The notes beneath the pieces were generated by a model. It searched no databases, was not told where the DNA came from, and was given only the letters and a program-made list of their open reading frames with translations. Below are positions 33,101-43,502 of a DNA stretch of 64,000 nt, piece by piece. A program made the translations under genes and the position numbers. Source of the DNA: Thermoanaerobaculaceae bacterium (lineage in GTDB: Bacteria > Acidobacteriota > Thermoanaerobaculia > Multivoradales > UBA5704). Location of the stretch: positions 1,304,725 to 1,368,724 of the forward strand of contig CAWAUI010000007.1 in assembly GCA_963785165.1 (NCBI GenBank). Direction: 5' to 3'. Position 1 is the first letter of the stretch; every line of letters begins with the position of its first letter.

Positions 33101-36100
33101 GCGGCTTCGATTATGTCGGAGTCTTCACGGGAACGGCGGCGTCCCAGGAGGCTTGCCCGCCGGGGCTCTACCGGAATGGCCGGCCTATCCCTATTTTCTC
33201 CCAGTTCATTCCGTTCGAATGGCAGGTCCAGGGTCCCATCCCCGAAACCACGAAGATCGGCCGCACGTTCCATCCCTATCAGTGCGTCCAATCCTCGCGT
33301 CCAGAGGTGACGGGCTTCGAGGGGCCGGACTGCAATCCGATCGAGTTCGGCTACCCGTCGGCGTGTCCCGGGGAGTCCTGCTCGTGCGATCCCAAGGCAC
33401 CGGCGCCGGGCTGCGCGGCCGGACGGACGTGCGTGGAGGGAGCCTGCCTCACCCAGTGCGGGACGTGCGGCGCGGGCCAGGCCTGCCGGAACGGTACGTG
33501 CGAGATGACCAATGGCGTCCCGTTCGCCGAACAGATCGTCTGGCGCCTCCGCAACGCCGGCCAGCCCCAGCACACGGTGGCGAGCTATTCACTCAACAAG
33601 CTGATCACCAGCGTCGCCCTGGGCTTCGGCGTGCGGGTGGGGCTGGATTACAAGCTGTTCCGGAGCTGGAAGAGCAAAAACCTGATCGATTTCAAGAAGT
33701 CGATCCCCCTGGTCGCGTTCCCCTTCGTCAAGCACCAGCTCGGGCTCGAAGCCCAGTACCAGGACGACTGCGATCCCAGCCTGGGCGAGGTCACGAACCA
33801 CCAGCCTGACCTGGTGAAGCGTCCGCCCGAGATCCCCACCGAGATCCGCACCTCGTCCGAGTTGGTGGCATGGTGCAAGCCGCAAATGGAGGCCGAGCCG
33901 GAGAACCCTGCCGCCATGGCTCCGCACGACCAGGTGATTGGCGAGGGGATCGAGGAGAGCTTCAAGTTCGCCACCGACATCGGCGTGGACTTCTGGGGCC
34001 GGAGCCAGCTCTGCGTGGGAGACCAGACGTGGGACCAGTACTTCGGGAGCTTCAAGAGCAATCCCACCTCGGTGTGGCCGAAGCTGAGCTGCTCCTATCT
34101 CCGCGGAGGTGTGCGGCGGACGCTCTCCTGCGTGAGCCCGGGCGACCTCCAGGGCTCTCTGGTGACGGCCCTCGGATGCCTCGATGCCGCGGGGCCGGAC
34201 GCCCTGCCCAGGAGCACGCAGCTCCTCGCTCTGCTCCGCTCCCGGGGCCAGGCGGACCCCTGGCTCCTCACCCCCGGCGGAAACGTCTTCGATCTGAAAA
34301 AGCTTCTGGTCGATGACGAGGGTGAGATCGTGCGGTCCAATCTCGATCCGTTCATCCTCAGCCTGGAAGCGGACGGCTTCCCCATCGACCTCTGGCTCCA
34401 GGCCGTGAACGTCTGCGTGGGAGACGCCCCGGCCGGCCGGCTCGTGGACGCGAACCTGGAGGTCTCCCTGGACCTCGATCCCGACGACTTCCAGCCATGC
34501 GGCGGCTTCTGCTGCGTGGACGGCATTTGCGATCCGGTGGCCTCGCCGGCTCAGTGCCAGGGAACGTTCCAGCCGGGCACCACGTGCTTCAGTCCCGACG
34601 CGGGCCCCGGCTGTGAGCCCGGCTCCGGAGGGCCGCCGCCGGGCCGGGGCGCCTGCTTCCTCTTCGGCCAGTGCCAGGAGGTGGCCTCGGCGGCCCAGTG
34701 CCAGGGCTCCTTCTTCTACGCCGGAATGAAGTGTAAGGATCTGGGATCGGCCTGCGCCACGGATGCGGACTGCACGCCGGGCAACTGGTGCCGCCCGGTG
34801 GCCCAGGGCGGCCGAGAATGCGTGCCCTTCCAGTCCGAGGGGGGTCACTGCGGCGGCTTCGTCGCGCCCTGGAACCGGGAAATCTGCGCGCCTGGGCTTC
34901 TCTGCACGGATTTCATCGAGCCGACGGGCGACCTCGGCGGCTTCTGCCGCCGGTCCTGCGCCGCGCCGCCGGTGGAGCTCGCCGCCTGGTGGCCTCTCGA
35001 CGAGCCGGCGGGCCCCAAGGCCGCCGAATTCCTGGCAAAGAACGACGGCCGCCACGTGGCCGGCCCCACCCCGGTGACGGGAGCCGTGGGCCGGCGCGCG
35101 CTCCGCTTCGACGGCGTCGACGACTTCCTGGAGGTCCCCGATCATCAGGACCTGGACTTCGGCACGGGGGACTTCTCCTTCGCGGCCTGGATCCGGACGT
35201 CGCACGACAGCGGCGTCCAGTCCATCCTCGACAAGCGCCGCAACGGTGTGGGCTACCACCTCTATCTGCACAACGGCCGGCTGGGGCTGCAACTGGCCGA
35301 TGGCCGGTACGACAACTACACCTCGCAGGCCGTGGTATCTGACGGGGCGTGGCACTTCGTGGCCGTGACCGTGGAGCGAGGCCGTAGGGACGGCATCCGC
35401 TGGTATCTCGACGGCGCGCCCGTGGGCCCGCCGAACGATCCCACGGGCCACCCGGGCTCGCTCAGCAACGCCTCTCCCCTGCGCTTCGCCGTCCGCACGG
35501 TCTCCCGCAGCGGCTGGTGGAACGGGTCTCTCGACGAGCCGGCCCTCTTCAGCCGCGCCCTCACCCCGGCCGAGGTGGAGGCGGTGCGCAAGGCCGGCTC
35601 GGCCGGTCTCTGCAAATGCATCGGGGAGCACCGCAACCTCGAGGCGTACTGGCCCTTTGAAGAGGGCGCCGACTTCCTTGGCAGCCTCTCCGCGGCCGAT
35701 GCCTCGGGGCACGGCCACACCGGGGAGAAGGTCAACCAACCCGCTTCGGTGCCGGGCCGGGTGGGCCGAGCGCTCGACTTCGACGGCGTCGACGACTGGG
35801 TGCGGGTGCCGCCTGCCCCGGGTCTCAACCTGGGCGAGGGGAACCTCTCGCTGGAGGGTTGGATCCAGACCACCGACAGGGTAGGGACGCGGGTGATCCT
35901 CAGCAAGCGGAGCTCCCTGACCGGCTATCAGCTCGTCCTGCTGGACGGCCGGCTGGCTCTGCAACTCGGCGATGGCAGGTTCACCCTCTTCGACTCCAGG
36001 GTGGCCGTGGCCGATGGCCAGTGGCACCATGTGGCGGTGACGGTGGAGCGCCAGAGCCCGAGAGGCGTTCGCTTCTATCTGGACGGCCGGGAGGCGGGGA

Positions 36101-36324
36101 GGCCAGGGAATGCGACTCTCCGGAGCGGCTCCCTGGACAACCCGTCACCCTTGCGGCTCGGAACCCGGACGGCCCGGACGGGCGCGTTCTGGAAGGGGAG
36201 GCTCGACGAGATGACGGTCTACCGCCGTCTCCTCCTCCCCGAGGAGATCACCGCCATCTACCGGGCGGACAAGCTCGGCCGGTGCGCCGCCCATCCGATC
36301 GTGGTCCGGCCGCGGTTGGATTGA
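30190..36324 (+). CDS. Giant secreted multidomain protein (2044 aa): signal peptide, helical/coiled-coil region, beta-rich region with Cys-rich inserts, two C-terminal LamG (Laminin_G_3) domains
   Basis: Uninterrupted ORF 30148..36324, ATG at 30190 (MSFGNATSSPRRLVVSLCFALLALPAGAQV). LamG_3-like repeats begin near 34981 (AAWWPLDEPAG...ALRFDGVDDFLEVPDHQDLDFGTGDFSFAAWIR...LDEPALFSRALTPAEV) and near 35641 (EAYWPFEEG...ALDFDGVDDWVRVP...LDEMTVYRRLLLPEEI). Confidence 0.85.
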   Translation: MSFGNATSSPRRLVVSLCFALLALPAGAQVPWCAEDPLNPGAQPYPAPKWSDLGTAVPDYHEVTENFRIAQSLRLLATVLEKSLEQLRSGKSLAGTSDIDGACLCNCNVQDVSYWANFLETTVRTETEQALQKTQDRYLSDIQAKIDKGKKVLEDTVPAFKMDVEGIIKNTCETLVTCDPTDPNAVLEDLYEEGAETVQGELDEILGPEISAAKLKQLKMETEDLLKEVKDLLARVSGPGAGQVLSLQQERERIKQVIEKARKLFDDLEASTRALADLVKNSDPIAWKKQVEKALTDRLGQIVEQDGQVFEAMKVQIRTKIDERIQAIRTAAEDIYETATDGQKAFDQFKMELANGLLDSLTSVEGCYGITKRKDCSVDAFCSSNSQPGMLFGNENLELPLWIPTGVFKDGKTALRYALESIDWLEKVRDYLNSAEAPAAVGGGRLVSLLKDGDELIMKLNHYVDLFTEGYHLGAYADIRPDLHMCVGWAGHGALAEVFSTANGNFRGGASYLSANLVEKHRAQFRAGGFALFINGRTLPLAPGLSVNLQMDGFRLWDRNHPFGIQEVDDNGLFSVDTSKVEEYDVFNLVEEKDLRRFCCADLSTDCPETSCMLGIEDFLHDQFFPVRYGSSREWPRPGVEAEKDQRVSAVFGAGVNLDLEMKTRYWSAAPIPVFPGATIIPWLSLDAGINWLYDANHLRGILQEKINQNLPAASRLNNDDFKRDQHAFQAPDVTEDVGNGAHVNPKLGADLVLGIDIARFLRVGVTANLFVGVDVNAAGFGGVLDLSRALTETLAQSNPEGDDCTPKIEENVTRTCSNETFKKKDPCANVPEEDREDCIDLSETEPEGVLYSTGTYDCTEENLACDGGNGYCTDVRGQIVLHDVTRDQCEAELPVSRCVAVYKDFPGGLGSISSPEDVIDQWPPVGIHNSKGHQEGEVAKAQAAAGRLAAPQSCSSLGWCYNWGYKPGVGGFDYVGVFTGTAASQEACPPGLYRNGRPIPIFSQFIPFEWQVQGPIPETTKIGRTFHPYQCVQSSRPEVTGFEGPDCNPIEFGYPSACPGESCSCDPKAPAPGCAAGRTCVEGACLTQCGTCGAGQACRNGTCEMTNGVPFAEQIVWRLRNAGQPQHTVASYSLNKLITSVALGFGVRVGLDYKLFRSWKSKNLIDFKKSIPLVAFPFVKHQLGLEAQYQDDCDPSLGEVTNHQPDLVKRPPEIPTEIRTSSELVAWCKPQMEAEPENPAAMAPHDQVIGEGIEESFKFATDIGVDFWGRSQLCVGDQTWDQYFGSFKSNPTSVWPKLSCSYLRGGVRRTLSCVSPGDLQGSLVTALGCLDAAGPDALPRSTQLLALLRSRGQADPWLLTPGGNVFDLKKLLVDDEGEIVRSNLDPFILSLEADGFPIDLWLQAVNVCVGDAPAGRLVDANLEVSLDLDPDDFQPCGGFCCVDGICDPVASPAQCQGTFQPGTTCFSPDAGPGCEPGSGGPPPGRGACFLFGQCQEVASAAQCQGSFFYAGMKCKDLGSACATDADCTPGNWCRPVAQGGRECVPFQSEGGHCGGFVAPWNREICAPGLLCTDFIEPTGDLGGFCRRSCAAPPVELAAWWPLDEPAGPKAAEFLAKNDGRHVAGPTPVTGAVGRRALRFDGVDDFLEVPDHQDLDFGTGDFSFAAWIRTSHDSGVQSILDKRRNGVGYHLYLHNGRLGLQLADGRYDNYTSQAVVSDGAWHFVAVTVERGRRDGIRWYLDGAPVGPPNDPTGHPGSLSNASPLRFAVRTVSRSGWWNGSLDEPALFSRALTPAEVEAVRKAGSAGLCKCIGEHRNLEAYWPFEEGADFLGSLSAADASGHGHTGEKVNQPASVPGRVGRALDFDGVDDWVRVPPAPGLNLGEGNLSLEGWIQTTDRVGTRVILSKRSSLTGYQLVLLDGRLALQLGDGRFTLFDSRVAVADGQWHHVAVTVERQSPRGVRFYLDGREAGRPGNATLRSGSLDNPSPLRLGTRTARTGAFWKGRLDEMTVYRRLLLPEEITAIYRADKLGRCAAHPIVVRPRLD

Positions 36325-36347
36325 AGAGCTGGAAGGAGAGCGGACGG

Positions 36348-37550
<1,203 letters not shown>

Positions 37551-37566
37551 GCGCTGGGCGGGCTTC

Positions 37567-37593
37567 AAATCAAAAGACCCGGCGGGTGCCGGG
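37567..37593 (-). terminator. Intrinsic terminator downstream of tRNA-Glu
   Basis: On the minus strand: CCCGGC-ACCC-GCCGGG followed by TCTTTTGATTT. Confidence 0.6.
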
Positions 37594-37613
37594 CCTGGAT
37601 TGAGTCGTCAGGT

Positions 37614-37689
37614 TGGTAGCGCATACGGGATTCGAACCCGTGTTACCGGCGTGAGAGGCCGGCGTCCTGGACCCCTAGACGAATGCGCC
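37614..37689 (-). tRNA. tRNA-Glu (anticodon CUC)
   Basis: Hand-folded 76 nt: GGCGCAU/AUGCGCU acceptor, D-arm GUCU-AGGGGUCC-AGGAC, anticodon loop CU-CUC-AC, T-arm ACGGG-UUCGAAU-CCCGU, A-CCA encoded. Confidence 0.85.
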
Positions 37690-37883
37690 ACATGTCCGAT
37701 GAGCCGTCCCACGGACCCGCGAAGGGTAACATAGACAGTTCAGGCCGTTCAACCCGTCAAGTGCGGGTCGTATTCCGTGGACGGGCCGAGATGCCGGCGG
37801 GCCCTGTTCCCGCGCGGCCTCGCACCTGTCTCTTGTGTAGGGGCCGCTTGTGTAGAGGTGAAGCGGGAAGGAGCGAGATTCTT

Positions 37884-39530
37884 TTGACTATCAAGCTGGT
37901 TGCCGCCGCCGGAAGCCCCTCCGTCCTGGTGACGGGCGGCCGCTCGTTCCTCGTGGGACGCTCGGCGTCGTGCGACCTGCCGATCCAGGATCCCACCGTG
38001 TCGCGGCGCCACGCCGAGCTGGAGCTGACGGGTGCCGGCGTGCGGGTGCGGGACGTGGGCTCGACCAACGGCACGTATCTCGACGGCGTGCGGGTGACCG
38101 ACGCCCTGGCCACGCCGGGTTCGCGGGTGTCCTTCGGCAAGATGGAGTTCGACGTGGTGGCCCAGCGGCCGGAGGAGACCCTCCCTCTCGAAGAGATGCT
38201 GGGCGAGGACTCGCTCGACGCCACCATCCTGCGCCAGGTGCCGGTGCGCGGCCAGGCGGACGTCGCCTCCCAGCTCGGGGACGGGCACCGGGGCGACTCG
38301 CTGCTCAAGATCGGCGGCGACTCGCTGGAAGACCGGCAGGCGCGCAAGCTCAATCTTCTTCTGGAGATCGCCAAGGAGCTCTCGCAGCAGACCGAGGTCG
38401 ACCGGCTGCTCGACCGCATCGTGGGCCTCACCTTCCAGGTGATGGACGTAGACCGGGTCGCCATCATGACGGCCGAGGCCGGCGAGGAGCTCGTGCCGCG
38501 GGTCTGGCGCAGCCGGGTCGAGGCGCCGGCCGGAAGCTGGCGGGTGCCGCGGCGGATCGCGCGCAAGGCGGTGGAGGACCGGGTCGCCGTGCTCTCGAAC
38601 CTGGCGGACGACGACAAGGCAGCCGCGGCATCAGGGGGCGGGGGCGGGGGCGGCACGGGATCACGGATCGAGAGCGCCCTCTGCGCTCCCCTTCTGGGCA
38701 GCGAGGGGACGGTGCTGGGCATCATCTACCTCGACCATCTGGGGAAAGGTCAGGGCAATGGCCAGTCCTTTCAGCGGGAGGATCTGGAGTTCTTCACCGC
38801 CTTCGCGGGCATGGCGGCGGTCGCCATCGAGAACAGCCGGCTGATCGACCGCATGCGGCGCGAGGCGGTGGTGCTCTCGAACTTCCAGCGCTACTTCGCG
38901 CCCGACCTGGTGCGCCAGATCGCGGACCAGGAGAGCGCCATCCAGCTCGGCGGCGCCAAACGGCGGGCCGTGGTGCTGTTTTCCGACATCCGCGGCTTCA
39001 CCTCCATCTCCGAGAAGATGAGCCCGGACGACATCGCCACCCTGCTGACCGACTACTTCACGGAGATGGTGGAAATCGTCTTCGAGCACGGCGGCACGCT
39101 CGACAAGTTCATGGGCGACGCCCTGATGGCCCTCTGGGGCGCTCCCCTTTCGCGGCCGGACGACGCGGACCGGGCCGTGCGGGCGGCCATGGCCATGCAG
39201 CGCAAGCTCACGCGGCTGAACCGCCAATGGCGCGAGCAGGGGCGGCCCCCGCTCACCATCGGCATCGGCATCAACCAGGGCGAGGTCTTCGCGGGCAACA
39301 TCGGCAGCGCCCGCCGCCTGGAGTACACGGTCATCGGCGACGCCGTCAACATCGCGGCCCGCCTCTGCGCCGAAGCCGAGCCCGGCGAGATCCTCATCGG
39401 CGAGCCCCTCTTCGCCGCCCTCCGCCAAAAACCCCCCGGTTCCTCCCTCACTCCTTTGCCGCTACGGGGAAAGGCACAGCCCGTGGGGGTGTACAGCGTG
39501 GATTGGGAAGAGGGGCAGACGGCGCAGTAG
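37884..39530 (+). CDS. FHA-GAF-class III adenylate/guanylate cyclase
   Basis: ORF 37683..39530, but its 5' end overlaps the tRNA. TTG at 37884 lies 10 nt after GGAAGGAG; alternative ATG at 37791. FHA: FLVGRSASCDLPIQDPTVSRRHAEL...GSTNGTYLDG. Cyclase: VLFSDIRGFTSISE, KFMGDALMALWGAP, YTVIGDAVNIAARL. Confidence 0.8.
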   Translation: MTIKLVAAAGSPSVLVTGGRSFLVGRSASCDLPIQDPTVSRRHAELELTGAGVRVRDVGSTNGTYLDGVRVTDALATPGSRVSFGKMEFDVVAQRPEETLPLEEMLGEDSLDATILRQVPVRGQADVASQLGDGHRGDSLLKIGGDSLEDRQARKLNLLLEIAKELSQQTEVDRLLDRIVGLTFQVMDVDRVAIMTAEAGEELVPRVWRSRVEAPAGSWRVPRRIARKAVEDRVAVLSNLADDDKAAAASGGGGGGGTGSRIESALCAPLLGSEGTVLGIIYLDHLGKGQGNGQSFQREDLEFFTAFAGMAAVAIENSRLIDRMRREAVVLSNFQRYFAPDLVRQIADQESAIQLGGAKRRAVVLFSDIRGFTSISEKMSPDDIATLLTDYFTEMVEIVFEHGGTLDKFMGDALMALWGAPLSRPDDADRAVRAAMAMQRKLTRLNRQWREQGRPPLTIGIGINQGEVFAGNIGSARRLEYTVIGDAVNIAARLCAEAEPGEILIGEPLFAALRQKPPGSSLTPLPLRGKAQPVGVYSVDWEEGQTAQ

Positions 39531-39633
39531 GTTCACCTGCCCTGGGATGGGTACCGGGGCTCTGATCCGGGAATGGTCCCTCGCCAGGAGAAGCCAAAGG
39601 CATTGTTGCCGTTGATCTCCAGAAGGTGTCGCC

Positions 39634-40146
39634 ATGATCAAAAACGAGCGCGAGTACCGCATCACCAAAGCCCAAGCGCTGAAATTCGAGCAGGCCCTCT
39701 CACAACTCTCTGGCCCGGGAGAAGGCGCCCAGCTCCATCCTCTGGTGAAAAAGGCACAGGTGGATGCTGTTTGGAGTCAACTGGAAGAACTGAAGGAGGA
39801 GCTGGCCGAATATGAGCTGTTACGGTCCGGGGGATGCTCCGTGTTGTCGCTGGACTCTCTTGGAGAGCTTCCCAAAGCTTTGATCCGTGCCCGCATAGCG
39901 GCTGGTCTGACCCAGCGCGAGCTTGCCGGGAGGCTCGGGCTCAAGGAACAACAAATCCAGCGTTATGAGGCGACGGAGTATGCCTCCGCGGACTTTGCTC
40001 GCCTGAACGAGGTCGCACGGGCTCTGGGTGTCCAGGTGCGAGAAGATCTCTTCCTCAATACTCCTCAACCACTCTCCGAAGAATTACTCCAGCGCCTGAA
40101 GGAAGTGGTGCAACAGACCGTGGTGGCTTTTTCCAAAAACGCGTGA
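39634..40146 (+). CDS. XRE-family HTH protein with N-terminal helical extension (HigA/antitoxin-like architecture)
   Basis: ATG at 39634. MIKNEREYRITKAQALKFEQAL... then the HTH LIRARIAAGLTQRELAGRLGLKEQQIQRYE. Lower GC than its neighbours. Confidence 0.7.
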   Translation: MIKNEREYRITKAQALKFEQALSQLSGPGEGAQLHPLVKKAQVDAVWSQLEELKEELAEYELLRSGGCSVLSLDSLGELPKALIRARIAAGLTQRELAGRLGLKEQQIQRYEATEYASADFARLNEVARALGVQVREDLFLNTPQPLSEELLQRLKEVVQQTVVAFSKNA

Positions 40147-40451
40147 GCTGGTTTACCCACGCAGCGTACGCAAAGGGAGGAGCCTCGCCAGCTCAAAAAA
40201 ACCGGAACCGGACCGCGGAGGTCCCACGCCACCGCAAGGCGCCCCTTCGCGGAAGCTCGCGCCGGCAGGAGCGTAACGATCCCACTCTTCTTTCATCAAA
40301 TTGCGGCCTTCTCCAGACGGCGCAGTAGCCCCCTGCCCACCTCCTCTCGGGAGACGTCTACACAAAATTCTGCCCTCGGGATCTAGCCGGTGAGAAGGTT
40401 CGCGTACCGCTGTCGGGCTGGCGGACGCTTTCAACCAGAGAGGACGATCTC

Positions 40452-43394
40452 ATGGTGCACCCGATAGATCCCTTGCCGGCAAAGCCACGAAGCCCACGCC
40501 GGGATCCCCTCCAAGCTCTGCGGCTGCTGGGGACCCTGGCACTGGTCTTGACCTTGGGTGGTATGGCCACCCCGCGGACCGCGTCCGCGCAGGCTGTGGT
40601 GCTCACCTCGGTCGAGGCATTTCCGAACGGGCGAACCTCGAACGACCTGCCGCCCAACGCGATTGACGGAAACCTCAACACCTACACCTGGACCACCCGG
40701 GAATTCAACTTCATCAATCCCGCCTATCTCGCCGTGGGCTTTGCCGCGACTCCGATCAACCGGGTCCGCCTCTGGAAGAGCCGGGCGAGTGGCGCGGGCG
40801 GCGTTGAGGACTCGAAGAACATTGTCGTCCAGTACACGACGGGCACCGGGCCCCTGAGCTTCCCGAACGTGGCTCAACGTTACCGAAATGGCGAGCGGGT
40901 TCAACGGAACGGAGACTTTTCGGGGAGTGGTGTCCCCTGATGGAACCGTGCAAAACGACGTTCACGACAGCTCGAGTGGCGACGGTTATGGCTCGCTGAG
41001 CTTCAAGACAGTCACCGCGACCGGGATTCGGATCGGCTTCAGCAACATCGTCTTCAATCCGACCGCGCCCAACCACTACCGGGTCGGAGAAGCTCGAGGT
41101 CTGGTCCGACACCAAGGTGGAGATCGTCGATCCGAATCCTGGCCTCCTGCAGAATGGAGCCGTGGTCACCGGCAGCGAAGCGCTCGCCACGGGGAATGCC
41201 GCGGTCCGGTCCGGAGCCTCCGCAGACGGTGTCACCCAGGTGCTCTTGCGTACCACCGTGCAGGGTCCAGGCAGCGTCCAGGTGTCCTTCGATTTTCCGG
41301 GCCGCTTCCCCGAGGACGGCGGCTTTCGCGCGCCCGGAGGCTCCACGGATCAGGCTTCCGTCGAGTTGCCCGCCGTCCAGACCTCGAAAGGTTTCCAGGC
41401 CTTCGCCATCTATCGCGTTCCACCCGAATTCAACCGGCCCGGCGACGAGGGCGACGAAGTCCTGGGAGAGCGCTTCTTCAACTTTCGGATCGTCTACACG
41501 CCGGCCGGAGGCAGCCCGCGGGAAACCAGGGTCAGCTTCAAGCTGGTGCGGCCACCGGTGGTGCTCATCCACGGCCTGTGGTCCGATGCGGGGACCTGGA
41601 GCTTCCCGCTGGTGACGGACTCGCGCTTTTCGATCGAAAGGGCCGACTACCGAGGCCGGCATGCCGACCGCTTTGCCGCCAACGCGGGCGTGGTCTCGAG
41701 GTCGATCCAAGCCGCCGTCTACCGGCTCCGTGAAGAGAAGAACGTCGCGGCGACCCAGGCGGATGTCATTGGGCACAGCATGGGCGGCCTGCTGAGCCGG
41801 ATCCGGGTGAACGACGCCACCTACAAGTCCAACGAGAATTTCTTCTCAGGGGACGTTCACAAACTGATCACTCTGGACTCGCCGCACAGGGGCTCGCCGT
41901 TGGCGAGCTGGCTGGTCCAGCTCCGCGACCACCCCATCGCAGGCGTGGTGGCCCGGGGAGCGGCGGAGAGATTGAAGATGCCGATCGGCGGCGCGCTCGA
42001 CGACCTCTCCAGCGGCAGCCCCGCCCTGCTAGCGATTCCCGCGGCTCCTGTTCCGGCCCACGCGTTGGTGGGAGTCGGTGGCTCCGACGTCCTGACTTTG
42101 GCGCCAGGGGCTTTGGGTGCCTTCTATACGGCGATGCTCTTTTTCACTCCCGGGAACACGATCTGGCAGGGGGGCCAGCACGACTTCGTCGTAGGCCGCC
42201 AGAGCCAGGAAGGAGGGCTGCCACCGGCCGCCACCACGGTCATCGGAGGGCTCGACGGAATCCATACACGCAACACCGCGAGCAGCGTCTATTCCAACCG
42301 CCTCGAGGAGCTCTTGAACACGGACGGCACCGCGGACACCTTTGCCGAGCTCCCCGGCGGTCGCCGGGCTGGGAGACACCGCCACGCCGGAAGCCTTGGC
42401 GCAGGCCGGCGTTCGGGATTTCGTCTCCGCCCAGCCAAGCCTGCGGATCACCGCCCCCGCCGCGGGAGCCATCGTCTTGCCGGGCACCAGGATCCAGGTG
42501 GCCGTCGAGGCGCTTCCAGGAGTGGCCGTGGACCGTGTCCTGCTCGTCGGTCCTTTCCTGGCAGCCGTAGACGAGGCTCCTCCGTTCCTCCTGGACCTGG
42601 ACGTTCCCAATGAGGCGTTCGGCGATTTCGTGCTGACCGCCATCGGCATGAACGCTGCGGGGCAGCTCTTCACCTCCCCCGACGTGCGGCTAGAGGTGCG
42701 CCCCACCACCGCTCTGCAAGGAATCACGGTGCTCCCGGACAGGCTCGTTCTCGTTGGTCTCGGCGACCAGGCGTCCCTCGGCGTGACCGGACACTTCGAG
42801 GACGGGATCGATCGCCCGGTTGGCGCCGGTGCCGGGCTGGAATTCGAGACCGCAGATCCTCAGGTTGCCCTCGTCTCCCCCGAAGGTGAGGTGACCGCCG
42901 CCGGTCTGGGCACGACGACGGTGACCGTCCGGAGCGGAGCCTTCGAACAGACCACCGCCGTCACCGTGCTCGATGGTCATCCTGTTCCAGCTCTGGTCAC
43001 GGTCGTGCCTGGATCGGTGACCGCCGGTGGCCCAGGCCTGACGCTGGTGGTTCGGGGCTCGGGATTCGTCTCCGGATCGATCGTCCTGTGGGATGGCTCT
43101 CCCCGTGCCACCACGTTCGTCTCGGCCAATGAGTTGAACGCCGGCATTCCTGCCGCGGACCTCACCCTCCCGGGCGAGGCTGAGGTCAGAGTCCTGAGCC
43201 CGTCCCCTGGAGGGGGAAGCTCGTCCGCGGTTTCTTTGCCAATCCTTCAACAAGGGGTTGCGGCACCGGTCTCCGTACCGACCCTCTCAGAATGGGGGCT
43301 TGCCTTGCTGGCGTCAATCCTCGCCGCGGGCGGCCTCCTGGCCCTGCGGCACCGCCGAGGCCCCCGCCCGCCAGTGCCACGGCATGACCTGTAA
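40452..43394 (+). pseudogene. Surface protein (about 980 aa): signal peptide, F5/8-type C (discoidin) domain, alpha/beta-hydrolase (lipase, GHSMGG), Big_2 and IPT/TIG-like Ig domains, IPTL-CTERM sorting tag; three +1 frame changes (near 40870, 41095, 42350)
   Basis: Pieces lie in ORFs 40452.., 40888.., 41117.. and 42342..43394. Motifs: NAIDGNLNTYTW; VVLIHGLWSD...VIGHSMGGLLSR...DSPHRGSP; LGVTGHFEDG...TVTVRSG. C-terminus VPTLSEWGLALLASILAAGGLLALRHRR. Confidence 0.7.
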
Positions 43395-43502
43395 CCTCTC
43401 CGCCTCTCCCGCATCTCAATGGCAGACGGGGCCGCCGAGCATTCTCAAACGATCAAAGGCGGCCGTCAGCAACTTCAAACACGGGAAAAAGGAGAGATAG
43501 AG

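Noticed and set aside
39563-39637. 23-codon ORF (..GNGPSPGEAKGIVAVDLQKVSP*) overlapping the XRE start by ATGA, as a HigB/RelE toxin remnant
   Set aside because: Too short, and I could not match it to any toxin C-terminus. It could be coincidental.
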